The position numbers were made by a program, and so were the translations under genes. The notes under the pieces are model-generated. The model worked only from the letters and a program-made list of their open reading frames with translations. It searched no databases and had not been told where the DNA came from. Below, in pieces: positions 25,232 through 37,555 of a stretch of 64,000 nucleotides of DNA (position 1 is the stretch's first letter; every line of letters begins with the position of its first letter). Location of the stretch: positions 21,080,001-21,144,000 of the forward strand of contig NC_043003.1 of NCBI RefSeq assembly GCF_006345805.1. Reading direction: 5' to 3'. Source of the DNA: Octopus sinensis. Lineage: Eukaryota.

Positions 25232-27311
25232 CAGCTCAACCACTTGCGCAAGGTGCCATGCAGTGAGACTGAACCCAGAATAATGCAGTTCGTAAGCAAG
25301 CTACTTACCACACAGCCACTCCTACGCCTATAGGGACTCAGTCATTAATTTTTGCTTAATGGTCATCAACTGTTCCACTTGGTTGATTCTCTTAAGGAGC
25401 CAGTTTGTTTTTTTCTGATGGAGATCTTTTAACAAGCTCACTAGCTAATCATGATACCAGTGACTGTTCTCTGCACTATGTTTCCTAAAGTCAGTGAACT
25501 ATAACTTTGAACAACATGTAAACACCATATTCATCATCATCATTATTTAACACGTTGTCCATGCTGGCATGTATTGGATAGTTTGACCAAGGCTGGCAAA
25601 CTGGAAGGCTGCAGTCTGATTTCACTGGACAAATTGTAATTTCACAATATATAAAAATCTGAAAATTTTACCAACTGAAATAATGAGAAGTAAGACAGTA
25701 TTGCTGTACACAAGTTTATTGAGTTCTTAAAATGAATACAAAGGAAGATTAAAATCAGTCCATTGGTTTTATTATAAAATTTTACAAATAAAGACAATAT
25801 AATATCATTTAAAAGGTAATATTAATATTCTTTTAATTCTCGACAAGATTTAAAAAAAGAAATCTAAATTATATGCTTTTCATTGTAAAAATAATATATT
25901 TGAATAATATTGTAAAAAGATAAAAGTCTTTTTATGTTATTTTAAATATTTTCCTGTATTGTGGTTTCACTGTAATTCTTTGGATTACTTCTAACTGAAT
26001 AGGGCTGATAAGACCACAACTTAATTATTCAGTTCATTAAAGCTTTACATGAAAGTATTTTTTAGACCTATTTAATTACCTGACGCAATTACGTTTTTGT
26101 AGAGCCTCGAAGAGAATATTTCTCTCAAAATGGATAGAGACCAAGTTTTTTTTCTTTAAGGAGAGATCAGTAGATAACCAAGGTCCTCCTCTTTACTCTC
26201 TAGGTCTCAGCTGAATCCTTACTTTATAGGTCTTGTGTGTGATTTGAATCCTATGACTGTAATCCAATTTAATTTGGTATCGATCTAAACTTAGGAAACC
26301 TAAGAAAAAATATCCTTCTCCGTCTGTATCCCTGTAAATCAAATGTTGCAAGCAGATCATTCAAAGTGGCCTAGAATGTAGACCTTTTATTAAACCTTAA
26401 GTTAATACACAGTGAAAGCCATAAGCAGTAGTGTCTTAAAGCATGAGCACTCTGAGCAGTTGCACAGAGTTCTCACAGGTCTAGGGAGCCAGTTCTAATG
26501 TATGTATGCTGCTACTTTCTGTCAATGAACACATAACTATAGGGCCCAGTGCATTGATTTCTCCTGCAGCCTATAATGTTGCTAAGACAGCCCTGGTCAT
26601 AGGTACTCTGCTATTGAGTGATGGAAATGTTAACAATAAACCAATCTTGTTTAAAACATGAATGCATTTAGTTGATTGAATAAATCTTTTAATTTTTACA
26701 GAGTAAAAATTACACAGGACTCAGAAGTATCAGTTCCCAGCTTTTAGTACAACATTCTTGTTGACAGTTTTGTCACTGTCGAAACAAATGTTAACTTTTA
26801 AATTTGTGGTCATGTGACATCCAAAGCATAAACATCCTTGTCTGTGATGGTCTATGCTAATAGGGATTAGCAGAGGTGTGATCTGAAAACGTATATATAG
26901 AAAGAAATGCAATGATCTTTTGTAGATATTATCCTACAACAGCATGGTTGCAACAGATCTTTTATCTTTCTCGCAATCTCTCTATCATTTTTGAGAGTCT
27001 TTTTGAATAAAAGAAGCTGCCCTTTCCATTACTCTCCCCTCAGAATCAAATATGTGTCTAACAATATTTCTTAATGAAATAAATATATTGCAATTAACTT
27101 TTAAGATTTAATGGAAGTAATATTAGACATTATAAGCACAAATTTCTGCCATTAGTAGAATAAACTCCCCTGCTAGTGCCATGTGACCAAAGTGGAAAAG
27201 AAATAGTATTAATAAATTAATAGACACAATTTATAATACATGAGAAGATGGCATGGTAAGCTGCCTGAAGTAATGTATGAATGGTATAGTCACCCAGCTA
27301 CCTACAAAATG

Positions 27312-28140
27312 TGTGATACCATTAATTAAACTGTTGTTGATATTTAAGAGAGATCTCATTCTTTTCTTATATGGAGATAATTTGCTTGTATTATCTTCAA
27401 GTACAATTTGTGAATTTTTAAAATATTGCTAGCTAAATAATACAGCTAACTTAATTCTTGTGATGGAGACCGTTTTTAAGAATCACACACTACTCTATGC
27501 AAATGCTACTTTCATATTTCAAATTTGGTTTTTGCTTTATAAATTACTAACATTACACTAACTCTCCTTACAGTAGCATTTTATTTTCAGACAACATTTC
27601 AGATGAAAATATTTGATGTAATGATATCCGGAATGAACTGTAATGAATATCAAGAAGCTAAATGCTAAAATAAATTCTTATTCATATTTATTAATATAAT
27701 TATTATATTTTATCATATTCTCAGTATCTTTCTCTGAGTTTCTACTGCACCACCAGATGCACTTGTGTCTTACTGAAGTGCATACAACATTGTCTTTTGT
27801 TGTTTTAGAATTGTGACTTATTGGAATCATCATTATTTAACGTCCACTTTCTATCCTGGCATGGATGGAACTGTTTGAAAGGGAACCAGAGACCTGTGTT
27901 GAGCTACAGTGTCACGCTTAGCATGATTTCTACTTAACGGGTTTGTTAGGTTCCTTCAGATGATACTTTGATTGTTCATCTGTGTTGTGTAGAGTATGTG
28001 CTTTGGGGGTTGCGTAGTGACTGTATCACGTATTTGCTCTGTGTGAGTCGCGCTATGTGCTTTGGGTGTTGTGTGGTGCCTGTATTACATATTTGTGGTG
28101 TGTGAGTTGCTATGTGCTTTGTGTATTGTGTGGTGACTGT
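27312..28140 (+). repeat. Local duplication, left copy (partner 32573-33480)
   Basis: Colinear near-identical sequence at offset about 5261, ending in 57-bp GT-rich tandem units. Confidence 0.92.
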
Positions 28141-28473
28141 GTAGAATGACTGTGTGAAGGAGAGGTGATGATGAATGGCTCCTTTAATACATTGGACAGT
28201 CGATTACAATAAATACGAAAAGTATGAATGAGTACAAGTGCCAGAAGGAAAAGAGAGACACAACCGGTAGAATGTTAAGAGAAGAGTTTATTGATAGGTT
28301 AATATGTGTGTGCATCATATAGACAGGCCATCATGTATACATAATGTGTATGTGCGTATACATAATGTATATGTGTGAGCATTAAGTATAGAGTTTTGAA
28401 AGAGTCTATAATAGGACGCTAGAAGAATGTTCAGACACAAGGAAGATAAATACCAGTTCGTAGTCAAGGTACA

Positions 28474-28573
28474 NNNNNNNNNNNNNNNNNNNNNNNNNNN
28501 NNNNNNNNNNNNNNNNNNNNNNNNNNNNNNNNNNNNNNNNNNNNNNNNNNNNNNNNNNNNNNNNNNNNNNNNN
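28474..28573. other. Assembly gap (100 N)
   Basis: Run of exactly 100 Ns. Confidence 0.99.
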
Positions 28574-29115
28574 CAGACTGTACACTTTTTTTTACCTTCC
28601 ATGCTTTTTTCATTTTTCTTTTTGTTCATTTCTTGCTTAAATTTTTCTTTCATTACACAATTTTGGGTTTTGATTACACCGGCCTTCTTCATGTGTTTCA
28701 ACAATGGCTCCATGGCATTTTTTATATACCACTCGAAGCTGTTTTCCTCTGCTTCAATACAGTCCAAGAAACTAATCAAACCCCTCCCACCCTTTCTTCT
28801 GAACAAGTACAGTCTATTGGTGTTATTCTTAGGGTGAAAGGCTCCATGTACTGTCAATATTTTTATAGTCTTGGTATCCATTTTCTTCATTTCTCTCTTT
28901 TGCCATTTTATAACTCCTGCTCCATACCAAAGTGATACTATCGCCCACATATTAGCTGCTTGGATTTTATTCCATCCGGTCAATTTTAAGTACAACACCA
29001 ACCTCAGTCTCCAGAAATACTCCATCCTCAGTTGCTCTTTCATTTCCTTTTCCAGTGACTCCTTCCGGAGTTTGTTCATACCACATCCTTGCCTCTCCAA
29101 AAGTTTCAGGCCTTG
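28574..29115 (-). mobile_element. R4/Dong-type (RLE) LINE fragment, post-RT region
   Basis: EYFWRLRLVL..L...NKIQAANMWAI...YGAGVIKW...MD.KT.KILT.HGAFHPK...RLYL.R..GGRGL; truncated by the gap. Confidence 0.8.
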
Positions 29116-29384
29116 TGCCTATTGTAGAGAGAATCATTTACTTAATTCAGAAATTTTGAAAACAATTTAATTTAAATTAGTTTTTTAAAAAATGCCAGTC
29201 TCAGGTGAGTTTATATAAAAAAAGGTTAATCCATTCACCAGATTTAACACTTGCACCTGACATTCGGATTCCTGTTGTAGGGATTACTTATTTGTAACTA
29301 TTCAGGTCTCCAATTTAAAGATATCAGGATATTACCCTATCCCTACAAATACCACAAGTTTCAGATACCCAACAGAAAGACAGT

Positions 29385-29612
29385 GAGCTGGCAGAAACAT
29401 CAATGCGACGGGCGAAATGCTTAGCGATATTTCGTCTGCCGTTGTGTTCTGAGTTCAAATTCTGCCAAGGTCGACTTTGCCTTTCATCCTTTCAGGGTCG
29501 ATAAATTAAGTACCAGTTACACATTGGGGTTGATGTAATCAACTTAATCCATTTGTCTGTCCTTGTTTTCCCCTCTCTGTTAAGCTCCTTGTGGGCAGTA
29601 AAGAAATAAGAA
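29385..29612 (+). mobile_element. SINE family B
   Basis: GAGCTGGCAGAA...GAAATGCTTAGC...GAGTTCAAATTC..CC.AGGTCGACTTTGCCTTTCATCC. Copies at 7380-7720, 13250-13445, 14232-14470, 29780-29990, 41963-42185, 46865-47065, 48593-48800. Confidence 0.82.
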
Positions 29613-30789
29613 AGGTGATAGTCATTGCTCTTCCTCCTTTGAATACTGATAAAAAAAAAACCTTCATCATTGTTTTAATATTCATTTTCATGCAGGTATG
29701 AGCAGTCGTATTTATGTCAACAATCTTGATTCTGGGGCACCTCATATAAAGCACTCAATATTTTTTGTGATCTGAAGGCAGTGAGTTGGCAGAATCATTA
29801 GCATGCTGGGCAAAATGAATAGCAGCTTTTCATGTCTTTACATTCTGAGTTCGAATTTCACCAAGGTTGACTTTGCCTTTCTTCCTTTTAGGGCCAATGA
29901 AATAAGAACCAGTTGACCAATAGGATCAATGTGATTGACTTACTCCCCTGAAACTGCTGGCCATGTACCAAAATTTGAAACTAATATTTTGCGATCTGAA
30001 CTTCCTCAACCTCTATCTTCCAGAGACATCTTCCGGTGTCAGCATCTGGAACATTTTGCGCACAACACTTATTAAAAAAAAAGTACTCTTTTTAATCAAT
30101 GTTGTTAATACCAGACAATATGCATGTATAGATTAATTATACAGTATGATATAAAGCATATAATGTAATATATAGTGGTTGCTAATACTTAGGTCAGCTC
30201 TGAAAAATATTTCAGCTGTGACCATCCCTTCTTATTTTTAAGTACAAATGTTTTTAATTGTTGAGTCTGGAGGAAGGAACATGCCCACCCATGACCTTTG
30301 CAGACCCTCCAAGAGCACTGTATCTCCACCAATATCTGCAAAGATATTAAAGTTTAATGTTAGAGAGAGGTTTGGCTGCTGTTTCTCTCAGTTACATTGA
30401 CTGCATAGATGCTCCTTCGGTTGTTCAATATGATATTATCTATGAGGTATATGTAACCTCATTCTTGCTGTAACAACTGTTCTGCAATAAAATCCCAAAG
30501 CACGACCAACAATTTAAAGAACTTTGATTTCATATCTTCTTAGGTTCTTCTATGCCCCAGTATTTTTGAATAACAATGATTTGAGGGTATACATTTATTT
30601 AACAGTCTGTTATATACATGTACACAATGTGGTGTTGCTCTCACAAAAATTGAGATTAATTATAGATAACACAACAAATCATAAAATATAATATCTATTA
30701 ATGACAGAGGCAGTATTGATAGCAAAAGGTAATAGTTATCCCCACTTACACGTGGATGTTCAGTTAGAACAAGCCATACTGCAGTAGAT

Positions 30790-32550
30790 ACATCATCATC
30801 ATCGTTTAACATCCGTTTTTCATGCTAGCATGGGTTGGATGGTTCGACTGGGATCTGGGAAGCCAGGAGGCTACACCAGGCTCCAGTCTGATCTGGCAGT
30901 GTTTCTACAGCTGGATGCCCTTCCTAACACCAACCACTCTGTGAGTGTAGTGGGTGCTTTTGACATTCCACTGGCACAGGGGCCAGGGAGGTTGGCAACA
31001 GTCATGATCGGTTGGTGCTTTTTACATGCTACTGGCACAGAAGCCAGTCAAGGTGGCGCTAGCATCAGCTACATTCAGATGGTGCTTTTTATGTGCCACC
31101 AGCACGGGTATCACAACTACAATTTCCATTTGATTTTCATTTTGATGTTGATGTATTTGACTCAATAGGTCTCCTCAAGCACAGCAGGTCGCCCTACAAT
31201 CCAAGGTACTTTTGAATGGGCTGGGGCTGGTTATGCGAAACTGGTGTAGGATACAGCCGTGAACTCACTTTATTTACTGGGTCTTTGCAGTCACAGTATA
31301 TCTCCAGAGGTCTCGGTCTTTTGTCATTGCTTCTGTGAGGCCCAACATTCAAAGGTCATGGTTGACCACCTCATCCCATGTCTTTCTAAGTCTACCTCTA
31401 CTCCGGATTCCTTCAACTGTTTGGGAGTGGCCCTTCTTCACACATCTCTCCTCATGCATCCATAGTACAAGACCATACCAGTGTAAACATCTCTCTTGAA
31501 TACCACATCCTATGCTTCTTATGTCCAACATTTCTCTCAGGGCGCTTACACTCTGTCGTGCATGCACACTGACATTAAACATCCAGCGGATCATGCTAGC
31601 TTCATTTCTTTTGAGTCTACACATGTCCTACACAGTCAAGCCCATTTTTCACTGCCGTAAAGCATGGTAGTTTGCACACATGCATCGTACAATCTACTTT
31701 TCACTCTGAGCAAGAGGCCCTTTGTTGCCAGTAGGGGTAGAAGCTTTCTATACTTTGCCCAGGCTATTCTTATTCTAGTGGTAACACTCTCTGAGCATCC
31801 ACCCCCACTACTAACTTGGTCACCTAGGTAGCGGAAGCTATCAACTTCTTCTAGTTTCTCCCCCTGAAGTGTTATGGAATCTGTTTTCTGAGTATCTGTG
31901 GTGTCTATTGCCCCTGTGTATCTGCCACACACAAAAGCTATCTTCTCGGTTAATCTTCCTTTGATGTTGCTGTACCTAGTATACGTCCATAGCTTACACT
32001 TGGTACATCTTATGGAGCTTCTACCTACACCTTTTCGAGCAGGGCCACCTACCTGAGGGGGTGCGTGATGTGTTTGCCTTCCTACTTTCTAGAACTTTGG
32101 TCTTTGCTACATTGACTCTAAGGCTTTTTGATTCTAAACCTTGCTTCCACACCCAAAATTTCTTTTCTAGTTCTGGTAGTGATTCTGCTATGAGGGCCTG
32201 GTCATCAGCATAGAGGAGCTCCCAGGAGCAACCCATCTTGAATTCCTCTGTTATTGCCTGGAGGACTATGATGAATAAAAGGGGGCTGAGGACTGAACCT
32301 TGGTGGACCCCTACTTCTACCCAGTATTCTTCACTATACTCATTGCCAATCTTAACCTTACTAACAGCCTCACTGTATAGGGCCTGTATAGCCCTTATTA
32401 ACCATTCGTCAATCCCCAGTTTCCACATCGCCCATCAGATAAGGGATCAGAAGACCCTGTCAAAGGCTTTGTCCAAGTCCACAAATGTTGAGTATAGGGG
32501 TTTATCTTTAGCAAGGTATTTCTCCTGCAGTTGTCGAACCAGGAATATGG
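30790..32550 (-). mobile_element. Older RTE-clade LINE copy
   Basis: ORF pieces 32021-32428 (VHQGSVLSP, YADD), 31636-31932 and 31349-31624; tail at 30790. Confidence 0.9.
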
Positions 32551-32572
32551 AATATGTCAAACCAAGAATATT

Positions 32573-33500
32573 TGTGATACCATTAATTAAACTGTTGTTG
32601 ATATTTAAGATAGATCTCATACTTAACATTCTTTTCTCACATGGGGATAATTTGCTTGTACTATTTTCAAGTACAATTTGTGAATTTTTATAATATTGCT
32701 AGCTAAATGATACAGCTGACTTCATTCTTGTGATGGAGACCCTCCTTAAGAATCACACACAACTCTATGCAAATGCTACTTTCATATCTCAAATTTGGTT
32801 TTTGTTTTATAAATTGCTAACATTACACTAACTCTGCTTACAGTAGCATTTTATTTTCAGACAACATTTCAGATGAAATGATGTAATGATATCCAGAATG
32901 AACTGTAATGAATATCAAGAAGCTAAATACTAAAATAAATTCTTACTCCTATTTATTAATATAATTATTATATTTTATCATATTCTCAACATCTTTCTCT
33001 GAGTTCCTACTGCACCACCAGATGCACTTGTATCTTACTGAAGTGCATACAACATTGTCTTTTGAGGTTTTAGAATTGAGACTTATTGGCCTCATCATTA
33101 TTTAACGTCCACTTTCTATCCTGGCATGGATGGAACTGTTTAAGAGGGAACCAGAGACCTGTGTTGAGCTACAGTGTCACTCTTAGCATGGTTTCTACTT
33201 AATGGGTTTGTTAGGTTCCTTCAGATGTTACTTGAGCTGTTCATCTGCTTGTTGTGTAGAGTATATGGTTTGGGTGTTGTGTGGTGATTGTATCACATAT
33301 TTGTATTGTGTGAGTTGTGTTAGGTACTCTGGGTGTTGTGTGGTGCCTGTATTACATATTTGTGGCATGTGAGTTGCAATGTGCTTTGGGTGTTGTGTGG
33401 TGACTGTATTACATATTTACTTTGTGTGTTTTGTTATGTACTTTGGGTGTTGTGTGGTGACTGTATCACATATTTGTGGTGTGTGAGTTGTGTGATGTGT
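32573..33500 (+). repeat. Local duplication, right copy, with more 57-bp units
   Basis: Matches 27312-28140; ORF 33333 shows a 19-aa periodicity. Confidence 0.92.
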
Positions 33501-33667
33501 TTTAATGTCAGGTGTTGATTATGTAAAATATGTGACAGTGTAGGGTGTGTTATATTATTGGGAGGTGCATGTGTAGAATATGAAATGAATGGGGTGTAGG
33601 TGGTAGAGTGTGGGGTAGGCTATAATACTGATATTATAATAATCAGTATTGTATTACTAAGGATCGT

Positions 33668-33673
33668 TTTATT
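33668..33673 (-). promoter_or_regulatory. Candidate polyadenylation signal of copy B
   Basis: AATAAA on the minus strand about 310 nt after the stop codon; weak evidence in AT-rich DNA. Confidence 0.3.
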
Positions 33674-33979
33674 GGATTTTCTTGCAATATGTTAGAGGCC
33701 ATCGATATTTTAATTCCTGTAAAGTTTCATGACAATAAATTTAGGTCCATATGTGGAGAAATAGTGATTTTAAAGTTCTACATTGCAAATATGAACAAGA
33801 CATAATAAAGGACAGATGCTAACCATCTTAAACAAGCAATAGGAGTTAAATGCCATTATTCTTTATAAAGAAAACCAAGGTCCTGCAACACAATATCAAC
33901 CTTCTTCTAAAGTGGAATCAATGTGATACCAGTCATCATACATCACTGGAATTTGATGAAGTAAGGGTGCTTATACACG

Positions 33980-34102
33980 CTAGTTGGTTTTCTTCTTCAG
34001 TTCACTATCCAGTTCTTTCATGATACGTAATGCAAGCTCGTCCTTATATGTAGGAACAATAATTTGGATGTTGACTGGAAGACCAACGCTGCCTGGAATT
34101 GA
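33980..34102 (-). CDS. FAAH: FAAH-like copy B terminal exon
   Basis: CAG|SIPGSVGLPVNIQIIVPTYKDELALRIMKELDSELKKKTN*; GLPV.IQ...DELALR.MKEL is the amidase C-terminal motif. Confidence 0.92.
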   Translation of the reverse strand, partial: SIPGSVGLPVNIQIIVPTYKDELALRIMKELDSELKKKTN

Positions 34103-35117
34103 CTGCAAAGAAACAAGATATATATTTAGAATGTTTATAAATGTTGTGGAAGTATTCATGTGAGTAAAGTTTAAGATGACTTCATTAAACTGCAGTTCAC
34201 AGTGGCATAAATTTAAACCTTGGTGTATGTCGTTGTTGTTGTTAAGCAACAAGATGGGCAGGGTGATTAGGTGATGGTCTAGGGCTTAGGGACGGGAGAC
34301 CCCAGACCTTGGAAGGAAAAAAAAAACTTTGGTCGTCTTGTTGTAGTCGAGGGCACTTTGTTGATGCCTGACACTACTGGGAGGTGGCCCTCAAAGTCGC
34401 TGAAAATGGAGATCTCCAGGTCCAAATTCTTGGACAGCTGGTGTATGTCTGAGCTGAGTAAGACATATAAATTTACTTCTCTTCTTATAGAAAATAAATA
34501 AATATTAATTTAATGTGATTGTGTGAATACATAAGATGAATTAAGATTATGTAATTTCCCAGGTTATTAATCTTATCTTTAGAGTATAACTTTTCCTGTT
34601 ATTTTATTCTTTTTCCACTTGTTTCAGTCATTAGACTGTGGTCATGCTGGGGCACTGCATTGAGAGGTTTTAGTTGAACAAATCAATTGTAGTATTTATT
34701 TTCCTTTTAAGCATGGGACTTATTTTATCCATCTCTTGAACTGAACTGCTAAATAACAGGGATGTAAATGCACTAAGAACAATTATCAAGCAGTGGTGAT
34801 GGACAAACAGACAAACACACACACACACATATATATGGGTTTTGGGGCCTGAAGGAACACTGTAAAGCTAAGCATTTTATGGACATGAAACCCAGGGTAA
34901 TCCCATGGTGTGGCCATAACTATATTAATTTTTCAATCTAGCTATCTATCTATCAATCTATCTATATATATATCTATCTATATCTATCTAACTATCCATC
35001 TGTATGTATACATATGCATACATATATCATCATCATCATCATCGTTTAGCGTCCGCTTTCCATGCTAATATATATATATATATACATAAATATATATTTA
35101 TATATATATACAAATAT

Positions 35118-35149
<32 letters not shown>

Positions 35150-35200
35150 CATATGCATATATATATATACATACATATATATTTATATATGTATATACAT

Positions 35201-37511
35201 AGTCCCATCTCGTCCCAAGGTAACGTGGTGGTGGAACAATGTTGTAGACAGGACTATTAGAGAAAAGAGACAGGCTTGGAAAGACTGGAAGAACGGTGGT
35301 AGCAGGGAATTGTATCAGACTGCCAAAAGGGAAGCTAGGAGACAGGTCTATCTAGCCAGAGGGGAAGCAGATAAGAAAAAATTTGCCAATGTTCTGCGCC
35401 GTGAGGACCAAAGACTGGAGGTGTTTCGTGTTGCAAGACAGTGTGTGAGAGAGAATTGTGATGTGGTAGGAGAGAAATGTGTTCGCAAGGATGACGGCTC
35501 ACTTGCGCTAAATGAGGATGCAAAGAGAGAGGTTTGGAGATGCCACTATGAAAGGTTGCTGAATAAAGAAAATGAATGGGATAAAGAGAGTCTGCCGAAT
35601 GTCAACCCAACAGAGGGACCAGCTATCCAAGTTGACAGTTCCTTGGTAGTTAAGGCAATTAGAAGCATGAAGACAGGGAAAGCCCCAGGCCCATCAGGAA
35701 TCACTGCAGAGATGCTCAAAATATCTGGTAGTGTCGGCTATAGCCTAGTCACCTGTATAGTTAATCAGGTGATACACGAAGGAGTCATACCCAACGACTG
35801 GTGTAGCAGCATAATAGTCAACTGCTACAAAGGTAAAGGTGATGCCCTAGATACAAATAATTACAGAGGTATCAAGCTGTTGGATCAGGTAATGAAGGTT
35901 ATGGAGAGGGTCATAGCCCAACTAATTAGAGAGAGTTAGTTTAGATGAGATGCAGTTTGGGTTCGTGCCAGGGAAAAGTACCACTGATGCTATATTCCTG
36001 GTAAGGCAGCTGCAGAAGAAATACCTGGCCAAAGACAAGCCCCTGTACCTGGCTTTTGTTGACATGGAGAAAGCCTTCGACAGGGTCCCCCGATCCCTTA
36101 TCTGGTGGTCAATGAGGAAACTAGGGATAGATGAATGGTTAGTGAGAGCTGTGCAAGCCATGTACAGGGACACTGCTAGTAAGGTGAGGGTTGGCATCGA
36201 GTACAGTGAAGAATTCCGGGTAGAGGTAGGGGTCCACCAAGGCTCAGTCCTCAGCCCCCTCCTATTTATCATAGTCCTCCAGGCAATAACGGAGGAATTC
36301 AAGACAGGATGCCCCTGGGAGCTCCTCTATGCTGATGACCTTGCTCTAATTGCTGAGTCACTATCAGAACTGGAGGAGAAGTTTCAGGTGTGGAAGCAAG
36401 GATTAGAATCGAAGGGCCTTAGAGTCAATCTAGCTAAAACCAAAGTCCTAATAGGTAGGAAGGTAGACAAATCACAAACGCCTTCAGGTAGATGGCCCTG
36501 CTCGATCTGTACAAAAGGTGTAGGTAGAAACTCTATAAGATGCACCAAGTGTAAGCTATGGACACATAAGAGGTGCAGCAATGTCAAAGGAAGGCTAACT
36601 AGGAATATAGTTTTTGTATGTGGCAGATGCTCAGGAGCAATAAACACTGAAAATGCTCTGAGACCAACTTCTGCCACATTCCAGGGAGAAAAACTAGAAA
36701 TAGTTGATAGTTTCCGTTACCTAGGTGACCAAGTCAGTAGTGGGGGCGGGTATGCTGAAAGTGTAACTGCTAGAGTAAGAATAGCTTGGGCAAAGTTCAG
36801 GGAGCTCTTACCTCTGCTAGTGACAAAAGGCCTCTCGCTCAGAGTAAAAGGCAGACTGTATGATGCGTGCGTACGAACAGCCATGCTACATGGCAGTGAA
36901 ACATGGGCCGTGACTGCTGAGGATATGCGTAAGCTCGCAAGAAATGAAGCCAGTATGCTCCGATGGATGTGCAATGTCAGTGTTCATACTTGACAGAGTG
37001 TAAGTACCTTGAGAGAAAAGCTGGACCTAAGAAGCATCAGCTGTGATGTGCAAGAGAGACGTTTGCACTGGTATGGTCATGTGGCGAGAATGGATGAAGA
37101 TAGTTGTGTGAAAAAGTGCCACACCCTAGCGGTTGAGAGAACTTGTGGAAGAGGCAGACCCAAGAAAACCATCCAAACGTGGCCGTTGCCAGCACCGCCC
37201 CAACTGGCCTCGTGCTGGTGGCATGTAAAAAGCACCATCCGTTCGTGGCCATTGCCAGACTCGCCTGGCCCCCGTGCCGGTGGCACGTAAAAAGCACCAT
37301 CCGATTGTGGCCGTTTACCAGACTTGTCTGGCACATAAAAAGCACCCACTACACTCACGGAGTGGTTGGCATTAGGAAGGGCATCCAGCCGTAGAAACAT
37401 TGCCAGATCAGACTGGGCCTGGTGCAGCCTTCTGGCTTCCCAGACCCCAGTTGAACCGTCCAACCCATGCTAGCATGGAAAGCGGACGCTAAATGATGAT
37501 GATGATGATGA

Positions 37512-37512
<1 letters not shown>
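35201..37512 (+). mobile_element. 5'-truncated RTE-clade LINE (RT, Cys/His finger, 3' UTR, (ATG)n tail), inactivated
   Basis: ORFs 35004-35939 and 35950-36993: KAPGPSG, QFGF..GKSTTD, VHQGSVLSP, YADD, WPCSIC..C..C..WTHKRC. Frameshift near 35940, stop at 36991, deletion near 37165. Confidence 0.95.

Positions 37513-37551
<39 letters not shown>

Positions 37552-37555
<4 letters not shown>

Noticed and set aside
30290-30337. AG-bounded segment starting ATATTGGTGG, reminiscent of (G)TDIGG
   Set aside because: Similarity is limited to about 12 nt, with no further amidase motif and no convincing donor.
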